Below are positions 53,696 through 63,943 of a stretch of 64,000 nucleotides of DNA, in pieces. Under the pieces are notes generated by a model that was not told the DNA's origin, did no database searches, and worked only from the letters and a program-made list of their open reading frames with translations. The translations under genes and the position numbers were made by a program. Origin of the DNA: Bacillota bacterium (GTDB lineage Bacteria; Bacillota; Limnochordia; Darwinibacteriales; Darwinibacteriaceae); the NCBI GenBank assembly GCA_012520315.1, contig JAAYOM010000059.1:25316-89315 (forward strand), read 5' to 3'. The first letter of the stretch is position 1, and each line of letters opens with the position of its first letter.

Positions 53696-55039
53696 CTAGT
53701 TAATTACAGCAAAAACCAGGCTTCGCAAATCCCGACCGCACAAGTTCCAGAGGTCAAGGAGTCTTTGGGCGTAGTCCATTTTGCTGTGGGCATGATCGTC
53801 CGCTGCCCTTTGCAGAGCCAAGGCGGTTTCCTGGACCTGAAGTTCTGTTACCAGGCCTGCTTCATACTGCCTGTGGCGAAGCTTAAGGTCAGCTTGTGCC
53901 TCCGCAAGATGCTCAGACTTTAGCTGAACCATCGCACGAGCCGACCTGACCCCTTGCACCGCGGAGCGCAGTTGGGCCAGCAAAGCACTTTCCTGCATTT
54001 CCAGGTCATGTTCGGCCTGGGCTGCCGCCAATTCCAGTTCTTCCAGCACAATGTTCCTCGGGTAGAGAGTTTTGGTAGCTGTCAGACTCATTTTCCAGTT
54101 CACAGGTTGGGAACTGGCTGGATCAGGACCAGACTGGTTAAGATTCAAATCGCCGCTGGCCTTAAGATCCCAGCCTCTGGTTTTTCGCTCCAAATCTAAC
54201 TCCTGCTGGGCCCGGGTCAGGCGGGCCTTTGCCTCCTGCAGCTGAGGGCTTGAGGCGAAGACTTCTTCTTTAAGCTCCTCTTCGGCCAGGTCCAACTCCA
54301 GAACATCGGTACTAATCTGCGGATCGTAAAGCGCACCTTCAGACTCACCCAGGAAAGCTCCGAGCTGAAGCTGCAGTTGCTGCAACTCTTTTTGTATGTC
54401 GGCTAATGTTTCTGCTTGCTTTCTTAGATCTTTCCTCAGATCCAAATCATCGTAATTGGGCGTCAGTCTTGCCGCCTCAAGGGAGGCCTCTAAATACTTA
54501 AGGTGTGCCTCTTCTTGTTTGCTAAGATCAAGTTTTTTCTTCAGCTGCACAAGCTGGCCCACCGTCTGGAGAACTAAGGTGTTGACCTGGGCCTGTCTTT
54601 GCTGCTGGGCAAGGCGCTCACTGGTTTCGGTTTCAGGCAGGGCGAAAAAATTATAGTTCAACGTAAGGCTGCCAGTTGGCTTAACGTCCAGTCTTTTTTC
54701 ATCAAATCCAACTCGAATGGTGCCGTCAAGTTCAAAGTACTGGCCTAAAGGCACATTTAGGCTAATGCTTCCCTCCGGCCCTGCAAACTTGCCGTTTCTA
54801 ACGCCTGCCGGTTCTGTCCTTGCTGTTATCTTAGGGTGCTTTTCTAAAGCTTCTCTTTTTTCGAGAAGCTCCTGTTCCCATAAAAACAGGGCGTGGCTGG
54901 TATTTTGCTCAAAGACCAGATCCAAGGCTTCTGCTAGAGTAATCGGTTTTAGCTCCGCTGCTCGGCTCAGTTTTGGGCACCCGGAGCAGATGACGATAAG
55001 CAGCCCTACGGTGAGTGCCTTAAGGACTCTATTTTTCAT
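53696..55039 (-). CDS. TolC/OEP-family outer-membrane-factor-like protein with recognisable beta-hairpin segments
   Basis: A signal peptide is present. There are two OEP-type repeats, each opening with a helix (ITLAEALDLVFEQN). Alternating-pattern strand segments follow (GSISLNVPLGQYFELDGTIRVGF, TGSLTLNYNFF; WDLKASGDLNLN, WKMSLTATKTLY), then long coiled coils. I preferred the ATG start at 55039, with AGGTGAG upstream. Confidence 0.7.
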   Translation of the reverse strand: MKNRVLKALTVGLLIVICSGCPKLSRAAELKPITLAEALDLVFEQNTSHALFLWEQELLEKREALEKHPKITARTEPAGVRNGKFAGPEGSISLNVPLGQYFELDGTIRVGFDEKRLDVKPTGSLTLNYNFFALPETETSERLAQQQRQAQVNTLVLQTVGQLVQLKKKLDLSKQEEAHLKYLEASLEAARLTPNYDDLDLRKDLRKQAETLADIQKELQQLQLQLGAFLGESEGALYDPQISTDVLELDLAEEELKEEVFASSPQLQEAKARLTRAQQELDLERKTRGWDLKASGDLNLNQSGPDPASSQPVNWKMSLTATKTLYPRNIVLEELELAAAQAEHDLEMQESALLAQLRSAVQGVRSARAMVQLKSEHLAEAQADLKLRHRQYEAGLVTELQVQETALALQRAADDHAHSKMDYAQRLLDLWNLCGRDLRSLVFAVIN

Positions 55040-56120
55040 GGTTCTCACCTGATTCTTCATACTTGCCGATCGTCTGCAAAAGCTTAATCCGAGCCTGGGT
55101 ATAGTTAGATAAAGCTACATGGTATTGTTCTTCCAGGCTGGCAAGCTTTTCTTGCTGGGCCACAATTTGGGCATTGCTTAACACACCGGCAGCATACTTG
55201 CTTTCTTCAGCCAGCAGAGCCTGCCTCTCCAACTTAATGTTACGTTCGTCCATTTCCAGATTATGCACCTGATCCTGCAGGGCGTAGTATTCTCCCCGAA
55301 TTCTGAAATAGAGGGACTGTTCCGCTTGCTGAAGGTTAATCTTGGCTTTTTCCTCCTGAACTAAAGCCTGTTCCAGCTCCACCCTGGGTGTAAAGGGGCT
55401 TTGGGCAATTAGCACTGCTTCCCGGGCTTTTTGCAGGCTCTCCCTGGCTGCCAGGACCTCTGAATCAAGTTCCAGGGCCAGTTCGTAACAGGTTTCCAGG
55501 CTATAGGTAAAGGGAACAAAATCAAGCAGAAGCCGTTCCGTCAAAGCTACCTCCTGATCATGGGGCAGCCCTAAAATACTGTTAAACTGCATGCGCTCGG
55601 TTTCCAAGTCAATGATTGCTTTCTGATAGCGATGTTCAGCGTCATACAGGCTGTTTTGGGCCCGTTCAATATCCAGGGTAGATAAAAGACCGGCCTTATA
55701 TTTGTTCTCATCTATGCCCAGCTGGTTTTCGGCCCGTTCTTTGGCTTCCCTGGCGTTTTCTACCATGGCTTCCTTTTCTAAAAATTGCTGGTAGCGGGTG
55801 CGGATTTGATCTTGGAGTTCTCTGCGCTTTTCTGCGTAGATTTCTTGGGCCTTGTCCCACTCCTGCTCTGCTTCGATCAGCATTTCTTCATCACCGACAA
55901 TCTGGGCCCTTTCCAGTTTAGCCTGGGCCTGCTGCCAATCTAAGGTGGCAATTTGGAAGTTGAGATTGCTTTCATAGGCCAGATCTACTGCATCCTTAAC
56001 GGTAAGTTCCAGAACCTGTGCACCGGCCAGTGCGGAAAAGCACGTTATAAACAAGCAGGCCAGGGCGGCCAGGAACATAGGCTGCACGCTTCTTGGCACA
56101 TTGGCTTTTACCTTAAGCAT
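55029..56120 (-). CDS. TolC/OEP-like protein, short form that appears purely helical
   Basis: It has a signal peptide (MFLAALACLFITCFSALAGA) and OEP repeat openers (LTVKDAVDLAYESNLNFQIA; SLETCYELALELDSEVLAA...SPFTPRVEL). The sequence runs straight into coiled coil where TolC proteins have strand hairpins. Confidence 0.6.
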   Translation of the reverse strand: MLKVKANVPRSVQPMFLAALACLFITCFSALAGAQVLELTVKDAVDLAYESNLNFQIATLDWQQAQAKLERAQIVGDEEMLIEAEQEWDKAQEIYAEKRRELQDQIRTRYQQFLEKEAMVENAREAKERAENQLGIDENKYKAGLLSTLDIERAQNSLYDAEHRYQKAIIDLETERMQFNSILGLPHDQEVALTERLLLDFVPFTYSLETCYELALELDSEVLAARESLQKAREAVLIAQSPFTPRVELEQALVQEEKAKINLQQAEQSLYFRIRGEYYALQDQVHNLEMDERNIKLERQALLAEESKYAAGVLSNAQIVAQQEKLASLEEQYHVALSNYTQARIKLLQTIGKYEESGENHEK

Positions 56121-56808
56121 CTTTTTCCATTCCCTTCGTTGCTCGATCTTCTACAATGGTTCCATCCCGCAGTGCAACCAAGCGTTTTCCGTAGGTGCTT
56201 ATGTGTGAGTCATGGGTAACAATCACGATGGTGGTTCCCTGCTCATTCAGCCTTTGCAGAATGCCCATGATTTCTGCTCCTTGATCAGTGGCCAGATTGC
56301 CGGTGGGTTCATCTGCTAAAATGAGTGTAGGATTGTTGGCCAATGCTCTGGCAATAGCCACCCTTTGCTGTTCACCGCCGGAGAGTTGGGTGGGAAGGTG
56401 ACGAAGGCGATGCTCCATCCCTACACTGGCCAAAAGGCTCTCAGCCTTCACTAATCTTTCCCGCTTCGGCTTGCCTGCGTACATCAGGGGAACCATCACA
56501 TTTTCCAGCGCGCTTAGTTCTGGAAAGAGGTTGTAGCTCTGAAAAATGAAACCGAAGTGGCGATTGCGAATCTGGGCAAGTTCTCGGTCTTTAAGGCGGG
56601 TGATATCCACATCTTCCAAAAAGTAAGTACCGGAGCTGGGCTGATCGAGTACTCCCAAGACATTCAACAAGGTGGACTTGCCTGATCCAGAAGGACCCAT
56701 AATCGATAAAAACTCGCCCCTCTGAATAGTAAGGTTGATCCGATCCAGGGCTCGAATTTCCACATCTCCCATGTAATATTCCTTGCTGATTCCCTCTAAC
56801 CTAATCAC
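56113..56808 (-). CDS. MacB/LolD-type ABC transporter ATP-binding protein (stand-alone)
   Basis: Walker A (GPSGSGKST), the signature LSGGEQQR, Walker B ([10 protein letters not shown]) and a Q-loop context (FIFQSYNL) are present in a 231-aa product. Confidence 0.9.
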   Translation of the reverse strand: MIRLEGISKEYYMGDVEIRALDRINLTIQRGEFLSIMGPSGSGKSTLLNVLGVLDQPSSGTYFLEDVDITRLKDRELAQIRNRHFGFIFQSYNLFPELSALENVMVPLMYAGKPKRERLVKAESLLASVGMEHRLRHLPTQLSGGEQQRVAIARALANNPTLILADEPTGNLATDQGAEIMGILQRLNEQGTTIVIVTHDSHISTYGKRLVALRDGTIVEDRATKGMEKDA

Positions 56809-58112
56809 AACTCATGTCCCCCCTCGGGCAGAATTTGGATCTCATCTAGATGGCGGAAAGCGTCATAGGAACTGATAATGACCTGTTCTCCCAGCTCCAG
56901 GCCACGCACAATCTGCACTGCATTGCCCTGCAGAAGGCCAAACTGCACATCGCGCTTGCGGGCCCTATCACCATCGATTACATATACGAAAAGCTGCTGG
57001 CCGCTGGTCAGGTAAGCCCCGCGGGGAAGAAACAGGCTGTCTTCATGCAGCTGCAGATGAATATTAGCCGTCACTTGACTGTTAGGCCTCAGGTGCGACA
57101 CCTCGCCCAAAAAATCTACTCTGACCAGCACTGTTGAGCCGTCTGTACCCTGCTTCGCCTGGGGCGCAATATAGGAGACCTCACCTTTATACGTGGTTTG
57201 TCCGAGAGTGATATCGACCTCGGTTCCAATGCCAAAGCGTTCTGTCTGACCGGGAGAAACCTGGAGTTCTACCACCTGGCTGCTTAAATCAGCCAGTTCT
57301 CCAAGTTCTTGGTGGGCGGTGACAATACGATTAGCAGGGATTTTCAAGGAGAGAATTCTTCCTGTATAGCCTGCTGTTATCACAAAGTTATCAATCTTTT
57401 CCTGGGCCTTGGCCAGCTTTTCTTCTGCCATAGCAATTGTCTTGCCCAGGGCCGCTTGATCCGCCTCGTGCTTGCGGGTCAAAAGTTCAAGTTCCCGTTC
57501 ACTTTGGACAATTCTGCGCTTGGCTGCTTCTACATTCTGCTCTGCCTTCTCAAGGTCAACTCGGGGAATGGAACCATAGCCAAAGAGTATCTCTTGAAGT
57601 TCTAGATCGCTTTCTGCTTGGCGCAGCTGTTCCTTGGCATCGAGAACTTTGACACGTTCTGCTTCCATCTCCAACTCTTGATCAATCCCTAACTGGGCAA
57701 GTTTTGTCCTGGCCTCTGCCAGTTCAGTTTCGGCAGCATTGCGCTCTGCAACTGCTTCAGCACTGTAGAGGCGCATTAGGGGCTGGCCTTCCACTACATC
57801 CTGGCCCTCCTGGATCAAAATCTCCTCAATTGTACCGGCAATTTTTGGTTCGAGCACTACAATTTGTTTAGGAATAATCGTGCCCCGTACCTGGAGGGTT
57901 TCTAGAAAATCCTGTGTCCCCACTGAGGCATAAGTATAAAAATTTAGGATGAAGTTGTCCTGTTTAGGCATAAAAAAGTAATAGGCGCCGTAGGCAATGA
58001 GGCCAATGGTAATAATGGTGAAGATAATTAGACTGAGCTGTTTGTTAGCACTCGATTGCTTATGCTTTTTCTGCTGCTTGCGAAGCCGTTCTGGTACGAT
58101 AGGTTCGTTCAT
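56805..58112 (-). CDS. HlyD/MacA-type membrane-fusion (periplasmic adaptor) protein
   Basis: An N-terminal TM is followed by a lipoyl-like motif (GTIEEILIQEGQDVVEGQPLMRL), a long coiled-coil hairpin and a beta-barrel C-terminus. I placed the start at ATG 58112 (MNEPIV), with CAGGGAGG upstream. Confidence 0.8.
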   Translation of the reverse strand: MNEPIVPERLRKQQKKHKQSSANKQLSLIIFTIITIGLIAYGAYYFFMPKQDNFILNFYTYASVGTQDFLETLQVRGTIIPKQIVVLEPKIAGTIEEILIQEGQDVVEGQPLMRLYSAEAVAERNAAETELAEARTKLAQLGIDQELEMEAERVKVLDAKEQLRQAESDLELQEILFGYGSIPRVDLEKAEQNVEAAKRRIVQSERELELLTRKHEADQAALGKTIAMAEEKLAKAQEKIDNFVITAGYTGRILSLKIPANRIVTAHQELGELADLSSQVVELQVSPGQTERFGIGTEVDITLGQTTYKGEVSYIAPQAKQGTDGSTVLVRVDFLGEVSHLRPNSQVTANIHLQLHEDSLFLPRGAYLTSGQQLFVYVIDGDRARKRDVQFGLLQGNAVQIVRGLELGEQVIISSYDAFRHLDEIQILPEGGHEL

Positions 58113-58391
58113 GTCTTGACCTCCCTGGTTCACGTCATCTAGCAAGCCTTTCCTTCCCAAGTGTTTTCTCTAAAGGATGGACCTTTCCTGTTGTGAATTG
58201 TTGGATAGGAAGATATTGCCTTTTATTACCATTCAACGGCATGGGGTTCTTTCCTGCATAATCCGGGATTCTCTAGCGCCTAAAGTGTAGATTGCCTCTA
58301 AACCCTTGTTCCAACAGGACCCAGATAGGATCGGCGAAGCCCACTTCCCCAATTTCTCCAGCCCAATTGTTCCTCAAGGGCATCCAACGCG

Positions 58392-58422
58392 AAAAAGAGA
58401 CAGAACACAGGGTCCTGTCTCT
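58392..58422 (-). terminator. rho-independent terminator after the aldo/keto reductase gene
   Basis: An 8-bp stem (AGAGACAG / CTGTCTCT) is followed by TTTTCG on the minus strand. Confidence 0.65.
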
Positions 58423-58436
58423 CCATTTCGTTAATT

Positions 58437-59414
58437 TTAGGCTAGAATCTCTTCGATTTTCTCAAATGTCTCTGGACTTAACTCAACATCGACTGCCTTG
58501 ACGTTTGCTTCAATCTGATCCGGACGAGACGCACCAACTAAGGCACTTGCCACATTAGGCTGGCGCAGAATCCAGGCCAAAGCCATTTCCACAAAGGTTA
58601 TGCCCAGTTCTCCTGCTAAATCTTCCAGAGCATCCACTTTGGCCATTACGCCGGATGCGATTAGCTCTTTAATCCATGCATTGATCTCGGGATTGGAGGC
58701 CCTTGTTCCTGCAGGGATCTGACCGCCCCGGTACTTGCCCGTCAAGAGCCCTTGGGCTAGTGGTGAGAAAACAATCTGGCCAATCCCGTATTTTTCGCTA
58801 ACGGGAATGATCTCCGGCTCAATGTAGCGGTTCAGCATATTGTACACCGGCTGGTTCACCACAATACGATCGAGCAGATAGCGATCGGCTACAGCAACTG
58901 CTTCTTCGATCTGGGCTGCAGTCCACTCGCTTACTCCCGCATAGAGCACCTTGCCTTGGCGAATCAGATCGTCAATCGTGCGCAGAGTCTCTTCCACTGG
59001 AGCTTCCGGATCATAGCGATGGCAGTAGAAGATATCGACATAATCCAGTTCCATCCGCTTTAAGCTGGCATGGAGCTGCTCAAAGACATGTTTGCGAGAC
59101 AGGCCCCGATCATTTGGTCCGTCCCCCATGGGCCAGAAGGCCTTGGTGGTAATTACATAGGACTCCCTTGGAAATACGCTCAGCGCTTTGGCCATTACCT
59201 TTTCGCCCTGGCCCTGCTCATAAACATTGGCAGAATCAAATGAGTTGATTCCCAGTTCATAGGCCCGACGAATGGTCTTGATGGCGATATCATCTTCCAC
59301 AGACTTTCCATAGGTCAGCCAGCTGCCTAATGAGATCTCGCTGACTTTCAGGCCTGAGTTACCTAATCTACGATACTTCACGTTCTCATCTCCTTTTCTC
59401 TCAACTTTCTGCAA
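58437..59414 (-). CDS. aldo/keto reductase (Kv-beta / YajO-like)
   Basis: The 325-aa product contains [31 protein letters not shown] and NQPVYN. Confidence 0.9.
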   Translation of the reverse strand: MQKVERKGDENVKYRRLGNSGLKVSEISLGSWLTYGKSVEDDIAIKTIRRAYELGINSFDSANVYEQGQGEKVMAKALSVFPRESYVITTKAFWPMGDGPNDRGLSRKHVFEQLHASLKRMELDYVDIFYCHRYDPEAPVEETLRTIDDLIRQGKVLYAGVSEWTAAQIEEAVAVADRYLLDRIVVNQPVYNMLNRYIEPEIIPVSEKYGIGQIVFSPLAQGLLTGKYRGGQIPAGTRASNPEINAWIKELIASGVMAKVDALEDLAGELGITFVEMALAWILRQPNVASALVGASRPDQIEANVKAVDVELSPETFEKIEEILA

Positions 59415-62400
59415 AAGCCGCCGACAACATTAATTTGATCCTGTTGAGCTGATTAACTTCACTTGCCCCAGGGTCATAGTCTATTGGGATAATATTACTA
59501 TGTGGGTAAACTTTTTTCAAGCCCCGCAACATTCCCTTGCCCACCACATGGTTTGGCAAACAGGCAAAGGGTTGCATACAGACAATATTGTTCACGCCGC
59601 TTTCAATTAACTCCACCATTTCACCAGTGAGGAACCAGCCTTCCCCGGTCTGATGACCCAAAGAAATTACTTTAGAAGCATTTTTGGCCACTTCTTGAAT
59701 CAGTTTCGGCGGGCTGAACCTCTTGCTCGCTGCCAGTGCTTTTCTATAGGTTCCACGGTAAAATTCCATAATCTCGATCAGGGCATTACAGGCCGCCTTT
59801 TCAATTCTGCTGCCCGCTAAATACCTGTACTTGAAATCAAAGCCCAGGAGGGAGTACAGAAAGAAGTCCACAAGTTCAGGCACAACCGCTTCGGCACCTT
59901 CCGCTTCGACCAAGCCCACCACGTCGTTGTTGGCAGTAGGGTGATACTTGACCAGAATTTCACCAACTAAGCCTACCTTAGGCTTGGTCGCTTCTACGGT
60001 CTCCAAGGCATCAAACTCTGCTACTATGCCTAGGATGTTGTCCCTAAACTTCCTAGGCGAATAAGAGGACATAGACTCCTCGCAAATTTTCGCCCATTTC
60101 TCATAAAGTGCATTGGCAGAACCGGAAATTCTTTCATAGGGCCTCACCCGATAGAGGCATTTCATGAGCAGATCCCCATAGACTAGGGCAACCATGGCCC
60201 TGTGCAGCAGGGGAATAGTTATTTTGAACCCAGGATTCTTTTCAAAACCTTGAATGCTTAAAGAAAGAACCGGCACTTGGGGGTAACCTGCATCCTTCAG
60301 CGCTTTGCGCAAAAAGCCGATGTAGTTTGTAGCCCGGCAGCCTCCGCCCGTTTGGCTGATAACCACGGAGGTGTTGTCTGGATCATACTCGCCAGAGTTC
60401 AATACTTTCAGCAGCTGCCCGACAACAATGATTGCAGGGTAGCAGGCATCGTTATTCACATACTTGAGGCCTACTTCCACCGCATCTTTATCCATGGCGG
60501 GACAAATCACAACATTATACCCTGACAAAGCCATCGCCTTCTCCAGGAACCGGAAATGGATGGGGGCCATTTGCGGTACGATGATCGTATGCTCCTTCTT
60601 CATTTCCTTGGTGAAAATTTTTCTTCTGTAGCCTGGCTGCGGGTCCTTCGGCTGATGTCCTTGCTTATCACGTTCGGCCATGGCCGCCTGCAAGGAACGA
60701 ATTCTAATTCTGGCCGACCCTAAATTGTTCACTTCATCAATCTTCAAACAAGTATACATCTTAGAACGGGCGGAGAGAATTTCTTCCACCTGATCGGTGG
60801 TCACCGCATCAAGTCCGCAGCCAAAGGAGTTTAGCTGCACCAATTCAAGGTTCTTTTCTCCGGCGACAAAACTTGCAGCAGCATAGAGACGGGAGTGATA
60901 TGCCCACTGATCCACAACGCGCAAAGGCCTAGCCACTTCGCCTAAGTGGGCTACGGAATCTTCAGTTAAGACCGCCATGCCCAAATCATTGATCATTTCA
61001 GGAATGCCGTGGTTGATCTCTGGGTCAAGATGATAAGGCCTCCCCGCCAGGACAATTCCTTTCAGGCTTTGTTCAGCGAGATAAGCAAGGGTTTCCTCTC
61101 CCTTATTTCCCATATCTGCCTTGTACTTCTTCAATTCAGCCCAGGCCTTATCCACAGCACTTGTTACTTCCTCAGCCCCGACACCCAGCTGCGCCAGTTC
61201 TTCAGTCAAACGTTCTGTCAGCCTTGCTTTGTGATCAAAGGGCAGGAAGGGGTACATAAACTTGATGCCTGCCTCATGCACCTGGATCACATTGTTTTTG
61301 ATAACTTCCGGGTACGAAATCACAATGGGGCAGTTGAAGTGATTATCTGCCTCTTTTTGTTCTCGTTGATCATGGGTCAGGCAGGGGTAGAAAATCAGAT
61401 CCACACCTTTTTCCACTAAATCAACTACATGGCCGTGGGCAATTTTTCCTGGATAACAAACGGATTCTGACGGTATGGTCTCCATTCCTTTTTCATAAAT
61501 CTCTTTAGTTGAACGGGCTGAGAGTACCACAGAAAAGCCCAGTTCGGTAAAGAGAGTGAACCAGAACGGATAATTTTCATACATGTTTAAAACCCTAGGG
61601 ATACCGATCCGTCCCCTTTTGGCCTCTTCTGGATCCAGGGGTTTATAGGCGAAAAGTCTTTTGTAGGAATAGTCAAAGAGGTTGGGTAAATCTTGCTTGG
61701 TCTTCTTGACCCCCGCGCCTTTGCTGCAGCGATTGCCTGATATATGCCTCTGTCCTTGGCCAAAGTGGTTAATGGTCAACAAACAGTGATTGGAGCAGCC
61801 CTTGCATCTAGTGAGCTTGGTTTCGACAGACAGATTCTCCAAGGCATCCCGTTCAAGCAAGGTAGACGCATAGCCTTCTACATGGCGTTCCCGGGCTATC
61901 AGTGCCGCCCCGAATGCACCCATGATACCGGAAATATCCGGCCGGACAACTTTCACATCTGCTAAAAGTTCAAAGGCCCTTAAAACAGCATCGTTATGGA
62001 ATGTTCCTCCCTGTACAACTACCTTCTCGCCCAATTCTTCCTTGCTTCTCAATTTAATTACTTTGTAAAGTGCGTTCTTAACTACAGAGTAAGCCAGTCC
62101 GGCAGAAATCTCACCGACAGTGGCACCTTCCTTTTGTGCCTGCTTAACCCTGGAGTTCATAAATACAGTGCAGCGAGAACCTAAGTCAACTGGGTTTGGG
62201 GCAAGCAAAGCTGCTTCAGTAAACTCCTGAATACTTAAATTAAGGGAAAAGGCAAAGGTTTCCAGAAAAGATCCGCAGCCTGAAGAACAGGCCTCATTTA
62301 AAAGAATATTGTCAATGGCCCCATCCTTGATATGCAGGCACTTCATGTCCTGACCGCCTATATCCAAGATAAAGTCTACACCGGGCCGGAAAAACTCGGC

Positions 62401-63636
62401 CGCCTTGTAGTGGGCTACTGTTTCTATTTCGCCAATATCCACTTTCAGTGCGGCTTTTATCAAGCCTTCACCATATCCTGTAACCACTGAATTGGCGATC
62501 TTGGCACCCTTAGGCAAGGCCTTATACATTTCCAGCACTGCTCCTCGCACAGACTCCAAGGGTTTTCCTTCATTGCTGCCGTAGTAGCTGTGCAAAATTG
62601 CCCCGTCTTCATCTATAAGGGCTGCTTTTGTTGTGGTTGAACCCACATCGAGACCTAAGAAGCACTTACCTTCATAACCTTCTAGATCCCTCCTGGCAAC
62701 AGAATGCTTATTATGCCTGGCGCGAAAATCATCTAACTCCTGCTCATTGTAAAACAGAGGACGGAGCCTGATTGTCGGCTCAATAGATACATCCTGCAGC
62801 CCATTAATTCTGTCCATAAGCTCAGAAAAAGCAATTGATTCGCTGTCCCTGGCACTTAATGCTGCTCCGATGGCAATATATAGCTGCGGGTTTTCTGGAA
62901 AGATCACCTGATGATCCTTTAGTTCCAAAGTTTCAATAAACCGTTGCCTAAGCTCAGACAGGAAGTAAAGCGGTCCGCCCAAAAACGCCACATTCCCTTT
63001 AATCGTTCTGCCGCAGGCTAAACCGCTGACTGTTTGCACCACTACAGATTGGAAAATAGAAGCTGCCACATCTTCTCTGGCTGCCCCGTCATTTAATAGG
63101 GGTTGAATATCTGACTTGGCAAAGACACCGCAGCGGGCGGCTATGGGGTAAATTGTGGTATAACCCTTGGCAAGCTCATTTAGGCCAGCAGCATCTGTCC
63201 TTAAAAGAACCGCCATCTGATCTATAAAAGAGCCTGTCCCGCCGGCACAGATGCCATTCATCCTTTGCTCGATGCCGTCCTGGAAAAACGTGATTTTGGC
63301 ATCTTCTCCCCCTAGTTCAATGACAACATCGGTTTCGGGAAAGAAAGTCTGAATCGCCTTGGTCCCCGCGATCACTTCCTGCACAAAATCCACTTGCAGC
63401 AGTTCTGCTGCGGCAATGCCGCCGGAACCTGTGATGTTTAAAGTTATCGGATGATCGCCAAGCTTTTCATAGGCTTGTGTTATCAGGCTCACAACAGATT
63501 CTTTGATATCAGAGTAGTGCCTTTCATATTTAGAGAAAATCACTTCCAGCTGCTCATTTAAAATCACAATTTTTGCTGTTGTTGAGCCAACATCAATTCC
63601 CATGTGTACGAGCGTATTCAAAAAAAGATCCTCCAT
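59401..63636 (-). CDS. fused BadF/BcrA/HgdC-type double ATPase (activase) plus DUF2229-type C-terminal half; BCR/2-hydroxyacyl-CoA dehydratase superfamily, substrate unknown
   Basis: There are two acetate/sugar-kinase-type phosphate-1 motifs ([14 protein letters not shown] near aa 13 and [14 protein letters not shown] near aa 330). A Cys cluster ([10 protein letters not shown]...CSKG) and about 750 aa of C-terminal region follow. The total is 1411 aa. Confidence 0.8.
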   Translation of the reverse strand: MEDLFLNTLVHMGIDVGSTTAKIVILNEQLEVIFSKYERHYSDIKESVVSLITQAYEKLGDHPITLNITGSGGIAAAELLQVDFVQEVIAGTKAIQTFFPETDVVIELGGEDAKITFFQDGIEQRMNGICAGGTGSFIDQMAVLLRTDAAGLNELAKGYTTIYPIAARCGVFAKSDIQPLLNDGAAREDVAASIFQSVVVQTVSGLACGRTIKGNVAFLGGPLYFLSELRQRFIETLELKDHQVIFPENPQLYIAIGAALSARDSESIAFSELMDRINGLQDVSIEPTIRLRPLFYNEQELDDFRARHNKHSVARRDLEGYEGKCFLGLDVGSTTTKAALIDEDGAILHSYYGSNEGKPLESVRGAVLEMYKALPKGAKIANSVVTGYGEGLIKAALKVDIGEIETVAHYKAAEFFRPGVDFILDIGGQDMKCLHIKDGAIDNILLNEACSSGCGSFLETFAFSLNLSIQEFTEAALLAPNPVDLGSRCTVFMNSRVKQAQKEGATVGEISAGLAYSVVKNALYKVIKLRSKEELGEKVVVQGGTFHNDAVLRAFELLADVKVVRPDISGIMGAFGAALIARERHVEGYASTLLERDALENLSVETKLTRCKGCSNHCLLTINHFGQGQRHISGNRCSKGAGVKKTKQDLPNLFDYSYKRLFAYKPLDPEEAKRGRIGIPRVLNMYENYPFWFTLFTELGFSVVLSARSTKEIYEKGMETIPSESVCYPGKIAHGHVVDLVEKGVDLIFYPCLTHDQREQKEADNHFNCPIVISYPEVIKNNVIQVHEAGIKFMYPFLPFDHKARLTERLTEELAQLGVGAEEVTSAVDKAWAELKKYKADMGNKGEETLAYLAEQSLKGIVLAGRPYHLDPEINHGIPEMINDLGMAVLTEDSVAHLGEVARPLRVVDQWAYHSRLYAAASFVAGEKNLELVQLNSFGCGLDAVTTDQVEEILSARSKMYTCLKIDEVNNLGSARIRIRSLQAAMAERDKQGHQPKDPQPGYRRKIFTKEMKKEHTIIVPQMAPIHFRFLEKAMALSGYNVVICPAMDKDAVEVGLKYVNNDACYPAIIVVGQLLKVLNSGEYDPDNTSVVISQTGGGCRATNYIGFLRKALKDAGYPQVPVLSLSIQGFEKNPGFKITIPLLHRAMVALVYGDLLMKCLYRVRPYERISGSANALYEKWAKICEESMSSYSPRKFRDNILGIVAEFDALETVEATKPKVGLVGEILVKYHPTANNDVVGLVEAEGAEAVVPELVDFFLYSLLGFDFKYRYLAGSRIEKAACNALIEIMEFYRGTYRKALAASKRFSPPKLIQEVAKNASKVISLGHQTGEGWFLTGEMVELIESGVNNIVCMQPFACLPNHVVGKGMLRGLKKVYPHSNIIPIDYDPGASEVNQLNRIKLMLSAAFAES

Positions 63637-63891
63637 TTCCTAAAGATCACTATTACTATATATTAGCTATCTCAACATAATTCCCTTGTTACCTCATAAT
63701 AAACCCTGCGTAGCTGGTTTAGGCAAGCTTGCCCCTTACCCCCGGGCCGTACCTAGAACTGACAGGAAGACAAGTACACGGGATAATAGACGCCTCGTTT
63801 TTCCTCCTTTGGCACTGCGGCACAAACAGTCATTGTTCTTTCATTATGCCTAAGGGACGATTTCCCTGCCAAATCTCTGCAATCGGGCACA

Positions 63892-63927
63892 AGAAAAGGA
63901 GCCGATGCAGTAAGAAACCGCATCAGC
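63892..63927 (-). terminator. probable terminator of the gene entering from the right edge
   Basis: On the minus strand, GCTGATGC, an 11-nt loop and GCATCGGC (8 bp with one G-U pair) are followed by TCCTTTTCTT. Confidence 0.5.
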
Positions 63928-63943
63928 CCCTTGGCATTGCACA

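Noticed and set aside
58161-58436. 276-nt region upstream of the ABC/TolC-like operon as a possible sRNA, riboswitch or small-ORF site (track ORF 58292-58501)
   Set aside because: It contains the terminator of the aldo/keto reductase gene and presumably the operon promoter. I could not find a convincing -35/-10 pair or a conserved structure. The 69-aa ORF overlaps the reductase gene 3' end and has no RBS.
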